A DNA stretch of 63,824 nt, counting the filler, from Folioceros fuciformis (taxonomy: Eukaryota), in assembly GCA_049999805.1 (NCBI GenBank). It is 4 parts of 3 records of this genome, joined end to end, with 100 filler letters (N's around TTAATTAATTAA, not from the genome) between each part and the next. Parts side by side here need not be neighbours in the genome. Positions count along the whole stretch, not along the records: positions 1 to 19,022 come from JBNGIO010006326.1; 3 more parts are not named here. The stretch is one strand, 5' to 3'. Position numbers and translations under genes: made by a program. The first letter of the stretch is position 1. The number at the start of each line of letters is the position of its first letter. Below are positions 1-11,157 of this stretch, in pieces. Under the pieces are notes generated by a model. The model ran no database searches, was not told where the DNA came from, and saw nothing but the letters and a program-made list of their open reading frames with translations.

Positions 1-2045
1 ACAAAATCCAGCGGATATAGATCATACAAGGGAGAACCCCTAGATATGACCCTAGTGGGAGAGTCCAATGTAGAGATCACACACGACGTAACTTCGAAGG
101 TGATTCTGTAGAGGCCAGTCTTACCAAGTGCCATTGTGCTCACCAAGTTTTTAGCAAGCAAAGGTACATGTAAGGTATTCTCTAGCCTTAAAGTCCCTCC
201 ATCCCTCAAGAAGATTTGGACTGTTCCAACACCCTTGATGGGGACTTCTGAATTATCTCCTAACAAAACTGCTGATTTGTGGCAGGTTGGAACACGCTCA
301 TATGTAACAAACTATTTTCGAGATGAGCACATGTGATTCGACGCTCCACTATCAAGAAACCATCTATGTGAATCACGAGGAACTAAATTAAGGCAAGCTA
401 CAAGTAACCCCGGCGTCAAGGCTCTTGCAGTATGTTCTTCAGGTTGCTTTCCCTTTGCTGCCTCATCTGCTTTTTGTTTCCTACAATCTTTAATCCAATG
501 CCCTGGCTTATTGCAGTTACCGGGCTTCTTCCCACCTTGAAGAGAGGTGTTGTTTCCATAATTGGATGACTGGCCCCTGCCACGTCCAAAGCCTCCTTGT
601 CCTCTACTTCTGCCTCGTCCTCGTCTTGAGAACAAAGTAGTATCCGTCTGCCTGTGGGAAGATCCTGCTCCACTAAACCCTGATTTATGCATGTGCTTTC
701 TATTAGCCTCCGCTTGTAGCAAAGCTCCAACTAACCTTTGCACTGTCATGTTTGTTGTTGCAAGTGTACTGGCAATTGCTGGTACAACTATTGCTATAGC
801 CTGTTGGCTAGAACTCCACTGTTCATAACTCGGTGGTAAGGATGCCAGTAATTGAATGGCTGCCCTGGACTTAGAAATTATAACACCACACGAAGCAAGC
901 TTAGCTCTTGCAGCTCAAAACCTGGCAACATGTGCTTCGACAGAATCAGTCTCTCTCATGCGCAAGTTTTGAAAGTTAAGTGTTGCCGCAACCTCCGTCA
1001 TCACATCCTTAGCTTTGTAGGTGTCTGAAAATAATGACCACACTTCATGTGCATGTTTTGTTAGTTTGATGTGTGGAATCATTTCATGTGACACAGAAGA
1101 GACTAAAATCGTCTTCGCTTTTCTGTCTTTATGATTCCAATCAGATTCCTCTTTAATTGTCCAGGGTATAGAGCTGCCACCAGGGGACACCCTGCCCGAG
1201 GGCTGTCCTACAACTCGTTGGGGAACACTTCCATCCGTCAAATCCATCAAGAGCTTCTCCTCCAGAATTGTCCTAACCCTAAAACTCTAGGCATCAAAAT
1301 TAGCAAAGGTAAGTCAGTCTTTCTCTTGTAGCCAATCCGTAGATGAGTCAGCCGCTCCCGCTGCCATGATGCCTACACTGTGTTAGGTAACTAGGAAGAT
1401 TGTACACTCAAGGTAGCAGTTTGCTCCTTGATGCATGTGATATCCTTGAATTGTTTCTTTACCTCTAATTCTATTTCTGTCAATGAAGAAGAATCTGACC
1501 CCTTTTGATTCTCTGAACCATCCATACGCGATGAGAGACTGTCTAATCTTCTAGAAAATTCGAGAATAGAAGACTTGATGATCAAGAGGGAATTGAGGAT
1601 TGCATCAGTATTTTCGAAGTGAGTGATGAGGAGAAAGTTTTACAAATGCAGGAATACCACCTGCTGAACAACTGAATTTATCTAATCTATCTGATATGTT
1701 GTCAGACGCGAGGGAATCAAGGCCAGGAGGATCTGGATTGTAGGAGTCAATAAAAGATTTCAAGAACCGGATGCGCTCTCGCTGTTCAGTTCGAGTAACT
1801 GTTTTCTTGAAATACAAGTGCTCGAATTCCACTTGGAAATTCAGCAGATCACGAGGATCCAACACCCTTGACCTGCCAAATTTGGCAGAGTCTGTCTAGA
1901 CATCCCTGTAGCATGATTTACGAGGCATCGTGCCTCCTACACATTAGAGCTCACATTGAGCGCTTAAAAATAAAAAGACATTTCGATTTCTCTTTTTCAA
2001 ATTTTCTTTCTCCAGCAAAATTTTCCAAGATGGACTAGAGCTTGG

Positions 2046-2057
2046 GCTCTGATACCA
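2046..2057 (-). other. Primer-binding site (initiator tRNA-Met)
   Basis: Minus strand reads TGGTATCAGAGC directly after the LTR end ...AACA. Confidence 0.92.
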
Positions 2058-2243
2058 TGTTGATATTTGTGATCAACTCGCACATGACCTTAGGCGCATC
2101 TGACCACAAAGCATGTAAACTTGCATTAAGGAAAAACATGAAAGCAAATAAAGTATATAGTCTAAGAACCTAAAACGGTATGTGACCGTCACTAACCCTA
2201 AGTGGGAGCAATGTATACTTAGGTCTAAATAATACCTTTAACA
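2058..2243 (-). repeat. 5' LTR (about 186 bp) of the copia element
   Basis: Minus strand TGTTAAAG...ATCAACA. Bounded by the PBS on one side and an interrupted foreign integrase frame on the other. Confidence 0.75.
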
Positions 2244-2470
2244 TGTCTGCATAGGGCCACAGAGGTCAGCATGCACGAGTTCGAGGATACTAGTGGTAGT
2301 ACTGATTGACCTAAGGTAAGGTTGAGTATGTTGCTTGCCTAGCAAGCAACCTTCACACAAGCGAAGATCACAGGGAGTCCTTCAGCCATATTTTTGGCTT
2401 GCATTCTTCTAATCCCTTGAAAGTGTAAGTAGGCTAGCCTCAAGTGCCAAAGTCTAGCGGATAAGTTGTG
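2244..2470 (-). mobile_element. Fragment of an older copia element (GAG-pre-integrase and integrase start) interrupted by the LTR
   Basis: Manual translation gives ARLWHLRLAY...CEGCLLGKQH...LELVHADLCGPMQT, cut off exactly at the LTR's TG. Confidence 0.8.
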
Positions 2471-2539
2471 GTTGAGGTTGGCTGTGAGGCTTACACTTGT
2501 TGTTTGGGCAAGTGTAGAGCCAAAGTTTGTATCACGAGT

Positions 2540-4420
2540 GTACCGCTCGCAAATCTTTGGAGCACCTGGACGCGAAGGGTTGTATCAACTTGGGCATCTT
2601 TGGAACAGGGCCGAGGGTTGTTGGAAAGAGGTGGCTGAAATCCGGGAGGACTTTGGAACTCTAGTGCGACATATTCGTCTTATGCTCAATTGGCTGTAGC
2701 AGGGGATGGAAGTTCAGATGAAGCATGCCTTGCTTCAGAAATCCGAAATAGTAGAGGAGGCATGGGGAGCATTCGTAATGCACACCTGGGAAGGTGACTC
2801 TGACATAGAGGACCAAGAGGTTTCTATGGAACTTGACCGAGCATTCTACGTTTCCATACAGGCAGGCGATAGAGGCTCGAGGTTCTTTAGGGTGGCGGCT
2901 CCAGAGGGATTCTTGGAAAAGCAAGTTTGGAGAGAAGGAGAGATGTTTCGACATGCCCTATGCTCCATCACAATCTTGACAAGGTCCACACGAGCAGGAC
3001 GGTGGCTCACCCAAGAAGAGCAAAATGCTCTCCTAGTATCCATAAGCAAACCCCTGACCCAATGTTGGTTCCGCTTGGTGGAAAATTGGCAACTGACCTT
3101 GCGACAGGATCTCTTTCGATGGCCAAAGCAGCCAAGTGGCCACCAGGGGAGCTCTCAGTCCTTCTTCAACTTTCAAACCGCGGACATTTATCTTTGTCTG
3201 GTTCACCTGCAGCAAGGTAAAGAGTGTTGGCCAATGGCCCCGAGGTGGAATATCTCCGTGAGACGTCATAAAGCAGCCTTAGGACTCCTATGGTCAATTG
3301 CCGGAGTTCCCCCTAAGGTTAGATTTACGGTTTGGTACCTTTTCCAGGCATGCTTGCCTAATGCAGATTGTTGGGATGGGCTGTTAGCAGCGGTGGGGGA
3401 GGAAGCGTGCAGACTATGTAGCAGTTGGGCTCCACACAAAAGCCAACATATGTTCTTCCATTGTCAGTTTTCTCGAGAAGTTTGGCAAGAGGTGGAGGGT
3501 TGGATGCAAAGGCTCTTCCCTTTGATGAAACTGGTGCTCTCCGAGCAATCTGCCCTCTTTGGTTTAGATCAATCTTTAGGTAAACCATTGGTGCCGCATC
3601 AATGGTGCAGTGTAGTGTGGAGTGCTTGCATCTTTTGCCTTTGGAGCAACTGGACAACAATAGTGCATGGCGAGAGGGCCTCGTTGTCTACCAAGGCCGT
3701 ACTATTGCTATGGATTTTTCCTGGTGCTAACCTCAGGATCACGACACAGTCAGCCTTATTCGGGCTGGACGCAACCTCGGGCAAACCTCTCCTTAAAACA
3801 CAATGGTGGGGCTTACTATGGTCTTCTTGCCATTTCCATCTCTGGGTCAACTGGCCCGCGGTGGTCTATGGAGGACAAGATTCAGCTTCATTGAAAGCTT
3901 TGTTGTGGCACATATGGGAGCTTTCGTTGATTGCAGCAGAAGCTTTGGAGCAATCCCGTCGGAAGCAGTTTAAGCGGAAAGACTGGAGGATGGCGGAATT
4001 CCTAGCGCTTGGGAAAGATACGCATTGGAATCATTCGTGCTCCTGGGGACGGTGAGCCTTAAAGTCCGTGGGAGACCTTGAGGGTGAGTATAAGTGGCTT
4101 CGGCAGTTCGAGGGTACCATAGTGTAGGGGAGCGCTCTTTGAGCACCTTGTCTTGAGTTTTGGACACAACGCCAGTTCTCCCCCTTTCTTCATGTGCTTG
4201 ATTTTTGTACATACGTTAGCAGGATTTTCCCTTTGTATTGTAGTGGGAGGCATCTACCAATTTAATCAGAATTTTTTCTCGGAAAAAAAGGCTGTACTAT
4301 GGCGAGTCTTGGAGCTAGTGACAACAACAGCGGAAACTTTGCAAGTCACCTCTCTTCTCAGGTTCAAAAGCAAAGATTGGAGGCTTGCTGGCTTTCTATA
4401 GTCGGGACTTGGGGATACGT
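2540..4420 (+). mobile_element. L1-like LINE 3' fragment (zf-RVT region) carrying a nested LINE
   Basis: ORF 2706-4055 has PPKVRFTVW and CRLC...HMFFHCQFSREVW (zf-RVT type). The host sequence resumes after 4288 as KAVLWRVLE...FKSKDWR. Confidence 0.85.
3706..4289 (+). mobile_element. 5'-truncated LINE insertion with A-tail and target-site duplication
   Basis: Flanked by aaggccgtactat (3693-3705) and aaggctgtactat (4288-4300). Ends in an A-run and resembles the copy at 19123-19935. Confidence 0.8.
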
Positions 4421-5329
4421 GGGTTTATCAATGCCCTTGGGGAAGGTAGTTAGTGAGTTAGCTTTGGCAAAGGCCCCCCTCCAAGCCCGCGCCTTCGGTA
4501 TGTAGCGGTAGTGAACTCTTATGTGCCCCTTGTGCTGTGCTAGTTGAGTTGTATAGTCGAATTTTAAACTTAGCATTATACAATGTCATTACAAGAAAAC
4601 AAAAGTGTACAATTTGCCTTATCATATTTGTGTGTGCTAGAAATGATCCAATTGACAAGTGACTCAAACGTTACTCAAGACACTCCTTCCAACTTGCTCT
4701 GGCTTCTTGTAGTGGTGAAGGTACTAGAAGTAGTCTCGATTAAATAAAAGCTAGCTTGTATCTTGAGTAGTTTTAATATCCTAGGCATTAGTTCTTCACA
4801 GGTTACTCCAAACTCAAAACCCTTAGTGCCAAATGAAACATAAAGCGGGCGCTGGTGCACAGGGGCAATATTTTCCATTCCCAAGGGGTAGCTATGGGCC
4901 AGCATTTGAAGAGTCTGCAGAAATGGAGAGTAAGGATTACGCTTGGCCTTGTTATGAAAGTACTAAAAGCTTGGGAAGCATGTCCGGGCATGTCGGGAGG
5001 CTGCTCATTCGGAGGAACACTCCTTCTACTCTAAAAGGCAAACTCAGCAGAACCGGAGTGCCAATTCTCCCTTGAGTACCATTCTGAAAGATGAGTGACC
5101 AGAGGCATTGTGATTGTGCGTGTCCATATACACGCGTCAATTCACGATGCTTACATGGTCGACCGCCCATTCCCGCCTTCAGAATCACGCTAGGCAGTAA
5201 CGGTTACTGTGGGATGCGTCAGACAAGACTCCTGAAAGAAAGAGCGTGCAGCGAGCCTGGAAACAAGCAGCTTCTAGTAGCTACGGTGTATTGTCGAGTT
5301 GAAAAAGGCGGCAGAACTGTCGCTCATGC

Positions 5330-6409
5330 TCAGAAATCGATCGTGATGTCCTGGCCGGGAACGCAGCCTGAGTTTTTAGATGTCTGCACGACTGGAGCAT
5401 GGTAATCGTACAGTGTCTTGCTGATCTTGCGCAGAGTCTTGCTTGGCTGATTCAGGGCAACAGCCAAACTGCGGGAAGGCAGCTGAAACAGAGCTTGAGC
5501 TGCGAGCTGCACAAACCGGGTCGTAAAGGGTATCGATGAGCATGGCCGCGGTCACATAGAGATGGCAATAATCATGGGAAACACCTTAAGTTTGTCATTT
5601 ACAATTGCAAACTGGTTTGGGATAACAGCACCAGAACGGCTGCCTGAGATTCGAGCTGCGCGTCTCACAAAGATGCTTACCAAAGAGCCAGGGTTCTCGC
5701 TGTTGAGGGAGGAAATGAACTCTGCATCCTCGGTTCCCACGTTCAACTCAAAATGCAGCAATCCACGAGGGAAGACGGTCACGTCGCCCGAATAGAGGAT
5801 GTTGATGTGCGCAGTTCCTGTCGCCAAAATTCATCCACCATGCTTAGCATGTGTCATTGAGCAGGAAGAAACTGGTGCGCGCAAATGGAAGTATTGCAAA
5901 CATTGCTCTCACTGACATGGCCATACCATTGGTGTCCACAAAGCCAACTTGGAGGGGTCCTCCGGACAACAAGGTGAGGACCTCCGTTGCCCTCGGGTGC
6001 GTGTGCGGCAAGTTCTCACCGCATGGAAATAGCTTGAATCTCACGACTGTGATTCCCTGTGACCTGCTCCGCCACACACATCCGACAAATTGCAGTGTCA
6101 GTGCCAGGCGTGCTGCTGCTGCTATTTGGCGATCATCACTTGCAGGAACAAGGGGTTCATGAGTTGCGGGCGGCTTCTTGCTGCAAACGAAACGTACTTG
6201 AGGGCAGGGAACTTGGCTACGGGGAGGTCAGCGCGGATGCCACCCGGTCCTTGCACGCCGTTGTTTTTGAACACGTCCCGGAACACAAATTCCTCCACCC
6301 CGGCTTCGAAGTCGGTGAGAGGGTCGGGATCGGAGCGCACGCCAGGAACAGCGACCAGGCTGTAGAGCGACCAAGCCAGAAGGAAGAGCGCAGCACCCCT
6401 GGACGCCAT
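5330..6409 (-). CDS. Germin-like protein (cupin_1), secreted, 4 exons, about 220 aa
   Basis: Exons 6409-6198, 6063-5927, 5817-5681 and 5506-5330 join in frame with GT-AG introns. Signal peptide, DPDPLTDF, germin box GENLPHTHPRATE, and FPRGLLHF. Confidence 0.93.
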
Positions 6410-6480
6410 GCCCTCACTTGTCTTTCGGCTCTGACTTCACGCTACACTTGTATTGTCTTGCAGATTGGCCTTGTTGCCAG

Positions 6481-6585
6481 GAGTCAGCTGCTGCTATTGT
6501 CGATCCTATGGAGCGAATTGAAAGACGGAAAAGGAGTCAGCTGCTGCTATTGTCGATCCTATGGAGCGAATTGAAAGACGGAAAG
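6481..6585. repeat. Two near-perfect 53-bp tandem copies just upstream of the germin ATG
   Basis: gagtcagctgctgctattgtcgatcctatggagcgaattgaaagacggaaa(a)g occurs twice. Confidence 0.9.
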
Positions 6586-6805
6586 GAGTAATGCGGATAG
6601 AGAGGGACAATGACTGACATGAACCTCCTACGCTACTATTTTATACTGTACGTACGCGGCGCCGCAGCCGAAAGCGCCGCTGCAGCAGGCTGCGACTACC
6701 ACATCCAGCGCCGTTGACGTGGTTCACGACTGACTTGGGGTGTTCTCTGCACACACGGGTCTGGCTTTTTCCTTGACTACCTGACTTTCTGGTTTTTTCC
6801 TTGAC

Positions 6806-7790
6806 TTTTTTTTCGCGAAAAGGCATTCAGATTAACCAGGCAGAAGCCTGCTACGAAGGTTACAAGTACGCACTGTGAAAAAGCCACGAAACCTCTAATC
6901 CTTCCGTTTAAACCTATGGGAAAGGTTACCTAGAGATTTTCTGCCACCGTTAGCACTTGTTCCCAGACGCGCCACATTACTGCCTTGGTAGTCAACAAAG
7001 ATATGCTGCCATAAACATCCGCTGTCCAATTGCTTCAAAGGCAAAAGATGCAAGAACTCCACGCCAAAACCCCACCATTGAGTAAGCATCAGTGGTTTAC
7101 CACCAGAAGGTTGGTCTAGACCAAAGAGGGCTGAACAGTGTGGTTTATCATAAGTTTGGTCTAGATCAAAGAGGGCCGAACAATGTGGTTTACCAGAAGT
7201 TTGGTCTCGACCAAAAAGGGCTAACTGTTCAATGAGGACCGGATTTACCAAAGGAAAGAGCCGTTGCATCCAACCTTCCATCTCTCGCCAAACCTCTTAG
7301 GCAAATTCGCATTGGAAGAACATATGTTGGCTTTTGTGAGGAGCCCCACTACTGCATAATATGCATGCTTCCTCCCCCGCCACTACTAACAACCCATCCC
7401 AACGAATTGCATTAAGGTAGGCAGGCCTGAAAGAGGCACCAAACCGCTAATCTGACCTTAGAGAGAGAATTCCGACTGTCTTCCAAAGGAGGCAGAGGGC
7501 TGCCTTCCATCCTTGTAGGGATAAGCTCCACCTCCAGGCCAACAGCTGACGCTATCTAACTTTCTGCAAGTGAACCAAACAGAGATAAATGTTTGCCATT
7601 TGGAAGTTAAAGAAGGACCTAGAGCTCCCTTGTTGGCCACCGAAAAAATCAGGTGGCAAAGTTTGTTGCAAATTCTCCTTCAAGTGGAACTAGCATTGGG
7701 TTGGAAGCTTGCTTGTGGAAACTGAGTGAGCATTTTGCTCCTCTTAGGTAAGCCACCGTCCTCCCCGTGTCGATCTTGTCAAGACTGGAA
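6806..7790 (-). mobile_element. Decayed LINE 3' fragment, same family as 2540-4420
   Basis: MEGWMQRLFPLVNPVLIEQLALFG matches the 449-aa ORF. Three internal 42-bp repeats. Tail ...ttcgcgaaaaaaaa on the minus strand near 6806. Confidence 0.8.
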
Positions 7791-8759
7791 TGGGTCGCAA
7801 ATCCTAAGTGCCATTCTTATTGCTACAATAGGGTAGGCTACGCATCCATACATATAGCCTTCAGTAAACCCTAGCCCCAAAACAATTTAAGTCATATTTA
7901 ATAAGTTCTACTGTAGATGCGCTGTATAAATTCTATGGATTTCTAACACTGGGTTGTCACCCGACTCGGGTCGCCGTTAGTGCGGACTGGCCGAAGGGTG
8001 CGGGAGTCATGACCTGGGGCCACAGGTGTCGACTTAATTCTGGGAAGCAGACTCTAGCCAATCCGTGCCGGGACTTGACTCAAACGTGTCCTACAAACCA
8101 TACAAGTACAGTACATACTGTATTTCTTCAGACTCCGGTCACAGATAACGTAAAAGCAAACGACCGCAAAAGACGTGGGACCGACGGCGCCCACCTACTA
8201 GCTCTGCTGTTGGGCATATCCATGCAGATGTGAGGCCCGTCCATGAGTCCAGAGCGGGCTTGTCACCAACCGGATGACACCACCTCATCTCGAACACCAG
8301 GAGCTCAGTGGTCCACACACTTCCAATTGCATCGCTCGAGATCGGTCGCAGACCGTTCATCGTTCACATACTCCAGCTGAGAGACAAGTGCATAGTTTTG
8401 TACTCAACGACAGGGCTCTACAAGTTTACCCACTCTACAAGTTTACCCACTGTTATGGCTGCCCGGTCTTGATCTGCCGGTCAGCTGTGCCTTCTGGGCT
8501 GTGTGTTCGGGTGTTTCTCCATGTGTACAAACACAGGAGTGTGAATGGACCGGGCAGCATCCGGCTGACCTCTCCGTCGCATGAATGCGGAAACCGGGGA
8601 GGGAGAATTCATTTAGTCACTCAACAGCCAGAACGCTGGCTCTCGGGTAGGAATTGATCTTCCATTACCTCCTGGACTGCGCCGAATCCCAAAAGAACTC
8701 AGCACTAAATGACTCCTGCAGGCCCTTGCTTACGTGGGCTGGACCTGGAAGTAGACCTG

Positions 8760-8827
8760 AAATCGCTGAGTAACTCTACCAGTTGAGGCAGGGCTCAACA
8801 GTTACCGGTAAAGTTACTCAGCAATTT
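8760..8827 (-). ncRNA. Candidate miRNA-like stem-loop
   Basis: Arms 8760-8780 and 8807-8827 are reverse complements at 19/21 positions. Both mismatches become G-U pairs on the minus strand. Inner gttgag/ctcaac stem. Confidence 0.3.
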
Positions 8828-11157
8828 GAATCTGGGGACACTGAACTTCTGTTATCCGTGGATTGTAGACTTCCACCATGGTAGCTCGATTGCTGACAAT
8901 ATTGGAAGACGTAAGCACTGTCTCAGGTGTGATCCATCTTATTTCGTTTACGAGGGGAATGAAAATTTAGTCAACTCCCTGTGCTACATACACAGCAATC
9001 ACATGGATTGGATATCACAACATTCTGTGCGGGGTGTGCAGCCCAAAAATATCCTGGCCATGACATTCACCACGGCTACTGCTCCCACTCTTCCTAGAAA
9101 GAGTGGGTCCGGAGTTCTGCTTGGGAAAGCTGCTTCCAAGGAGCTGTACAGCCCTCTGTAGTTTTCATTCGTTCTGCCCGCAACTTTGCCGACTCGGAGC
9201 ACAATGTCATGCTGACAAGTGAGCTGCTCCCCAGAGTTGAACGTTGCTTTACCTCGTCAGTCATTCGTGTACATATGTGGATACCAGACTAGTGAAACGA
9301 GCTTTTGTACTTGCAGCTCAGCACTACCATCGCAAGGCAAGCGTTAGCTCTATCCGGGCATCCCATGGCTTGTCAACCCTGCATGGCCTCAGTCTCAATG
9401 TGTCAGGTTGGATCGTGCAGGAAGACAAGGCGATGAGGCCCAGAGCTGTATACGCAGGCTTCGGCCGGCCAGTCCAGCCACATGGCCGCCAACCCACACA
9501 AATTAGAAGCATGTAACAAACTTCTGGCATGGAACGTTGATGGCTAAGCCTTCGGGCATCGATCCACTAGTCCAAGTCCAAGTGGTGGACGCATATGGTA
9601 TACCAGGTCCTCATGTTAACAACCTTGGCACGTCGACACGGACTGCAGCGCTAGCGATATCGATGGACACACTAACTAATAATGGCAGGCCTTCTCCTGG
9701 CAATCTCAAACCCTGGTTTGGACGAAAGCGCCATCGATTTGGTGCTTGAAGCTCAAATTGGTGGCTGTAATGCTTGGCAATGCGCACATCGTGCTCAATG
9801 TTGCCTGTGCGCAGCAAAACACGCTGGAAAGGGTTGTGAATGCGCCGTGAATTCAGTGGGCGAGGCGGTATTGATCCTCCAAACTCGACTGCTTAGGACT
9901 GTCACCGAGTTCATGTCATCCATTGCCGACGAGCTTTCAAGACTGCAATTCTTCCACTTGGGGATCCGGCCAGTTAAAGTAGTTGAAATTGCGACCCCGG
10001 CAAAGTTTGCCCTCCGTGTCTGCACGCAAGCTCCAATCCGACAGTACTGATTGGAACAGTGAACATTGGTTTGCATTGCTGACAAGCTTCACTAGTTCTG
10101 CATGGGGTGAGCGTCCTCCAAGATCGACTGCTGCGAATTGTGAGTCCGCTGCCTTCAATTAATTCAATCAAGTTTCATCGCTGCCAGGTCCGATGCATCG
10201 CCGACCAGGTACAGTTTGTGACCTCTGCATCTGCTTGACATCCAAGCTCTACAAGCAGTCGGACGGGTTGTGACCGGTGCCTTCTACCGTACGTTGTGGC
10301 GTCCGCCGTTTGCATTCGTACAGCCCACTTTGTCCTTGATTATGGTCACGCAGGACGGTGTCAGGCAATGTGGATGATGCTTCGCTTTGCATTGCATTGC
10401 AGAAGCCACGTACATGGTTGCCAATGGGGGGAAGCACGGGTTTGTGTTACGACGTGGCCAAAGCAGGCCCTGGAGGAGATCATGAAGCTTTCTGTTGCCA
10501 AACTTCTTGAAGCTCAGCTCGAGCTCATTCCTGGTTACTGTGGTTTCGTGGCCTGATAACAAGTAAAAAACTTGCAGTTCCCAACGCGCATCTGTGATAG
10601 CGTACAGCTGGAGACTTGACGGCACAAGCTGAGGCCGCTGCTGGAGTGGAAATTGTTCAACTATTTCCCTTTTTGGGTAAGAGAGAGCTGGTTGCCACAA
10701 TTCATTCCTGGGCCAGGCGGAGGCGTGGAAGGCAGCTGAGCTGAGGAAGCACTCCAACGTCACCGATGTAAACTAGTAACGTTTGCAGGGGCCGGCCGCG
10801 GGCATCCCCTGATACGATTGATAGGTTTGTCATGTCATTGAGAAGAAATACATGCACAGCGCAGGGCTGAGAAACAACTTGTACCAAGATCGATATCCCA
10901 TTGATACAGCCTTCTTATGGAAAGCACCATTTGACACGGAGATCATTGGACAGATACAGTCAGGCTGAGAGACACTCAATTCAGTGCAGTTCAGTTCAGT
11001 TCAGTTCAGTTGAGGTGAGCCCACGAGCTGGTCATTACAAGGACTTACAATATAATCTCTCAATTATTGACAAGGCAGGAGGATGACATGACGAAGGCAC
11101 GTGATGATGCCTTCAAGTTGGCGGTACATGGCCATAATTATCCAACTCAACTGTCAT

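Larger units (their letters stand above)
1..2243 (-). mobile_element. Ty1/copia LTR retrotransposon, 5' part (LTR, PBS, extra upstream ORF, gag, protease), decayed
   Basis: Gag starts at ATG 1367 (MAAGAADSST...) with in-frame stops. Degenerate zinc knuckle CNKPGHWIKDC and protease motif WFLDSGASNHM. Met-tRNA PBS next to a TG..CA LTR. Confidence 0.92.
1..4557. repeat. Copy A of a >=4.56 kb direct duplication (copy B at 14466-19022)
   Basis: ORF-track entries from 136 to about 4500 recur with identical translations at +14465. Spot checks found no nucleotide differences. Confidence 0.95.

Noticed and set aside
1250-1367. In-frame TGA/TAG codons in TE genes as U-to-C editing or readthrough sites
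   Set aside because: They fit C-to-T and G-to-A decay of methylated nuclear TEs, and frameshifts are also present.
2706-4055. 449-aa Trp-rich ORF as a novel host gene
   Set aside because: It has a zf-RVT motif, A-tail, TSD and several decayed relatives in the window, so it is LINE-derived.
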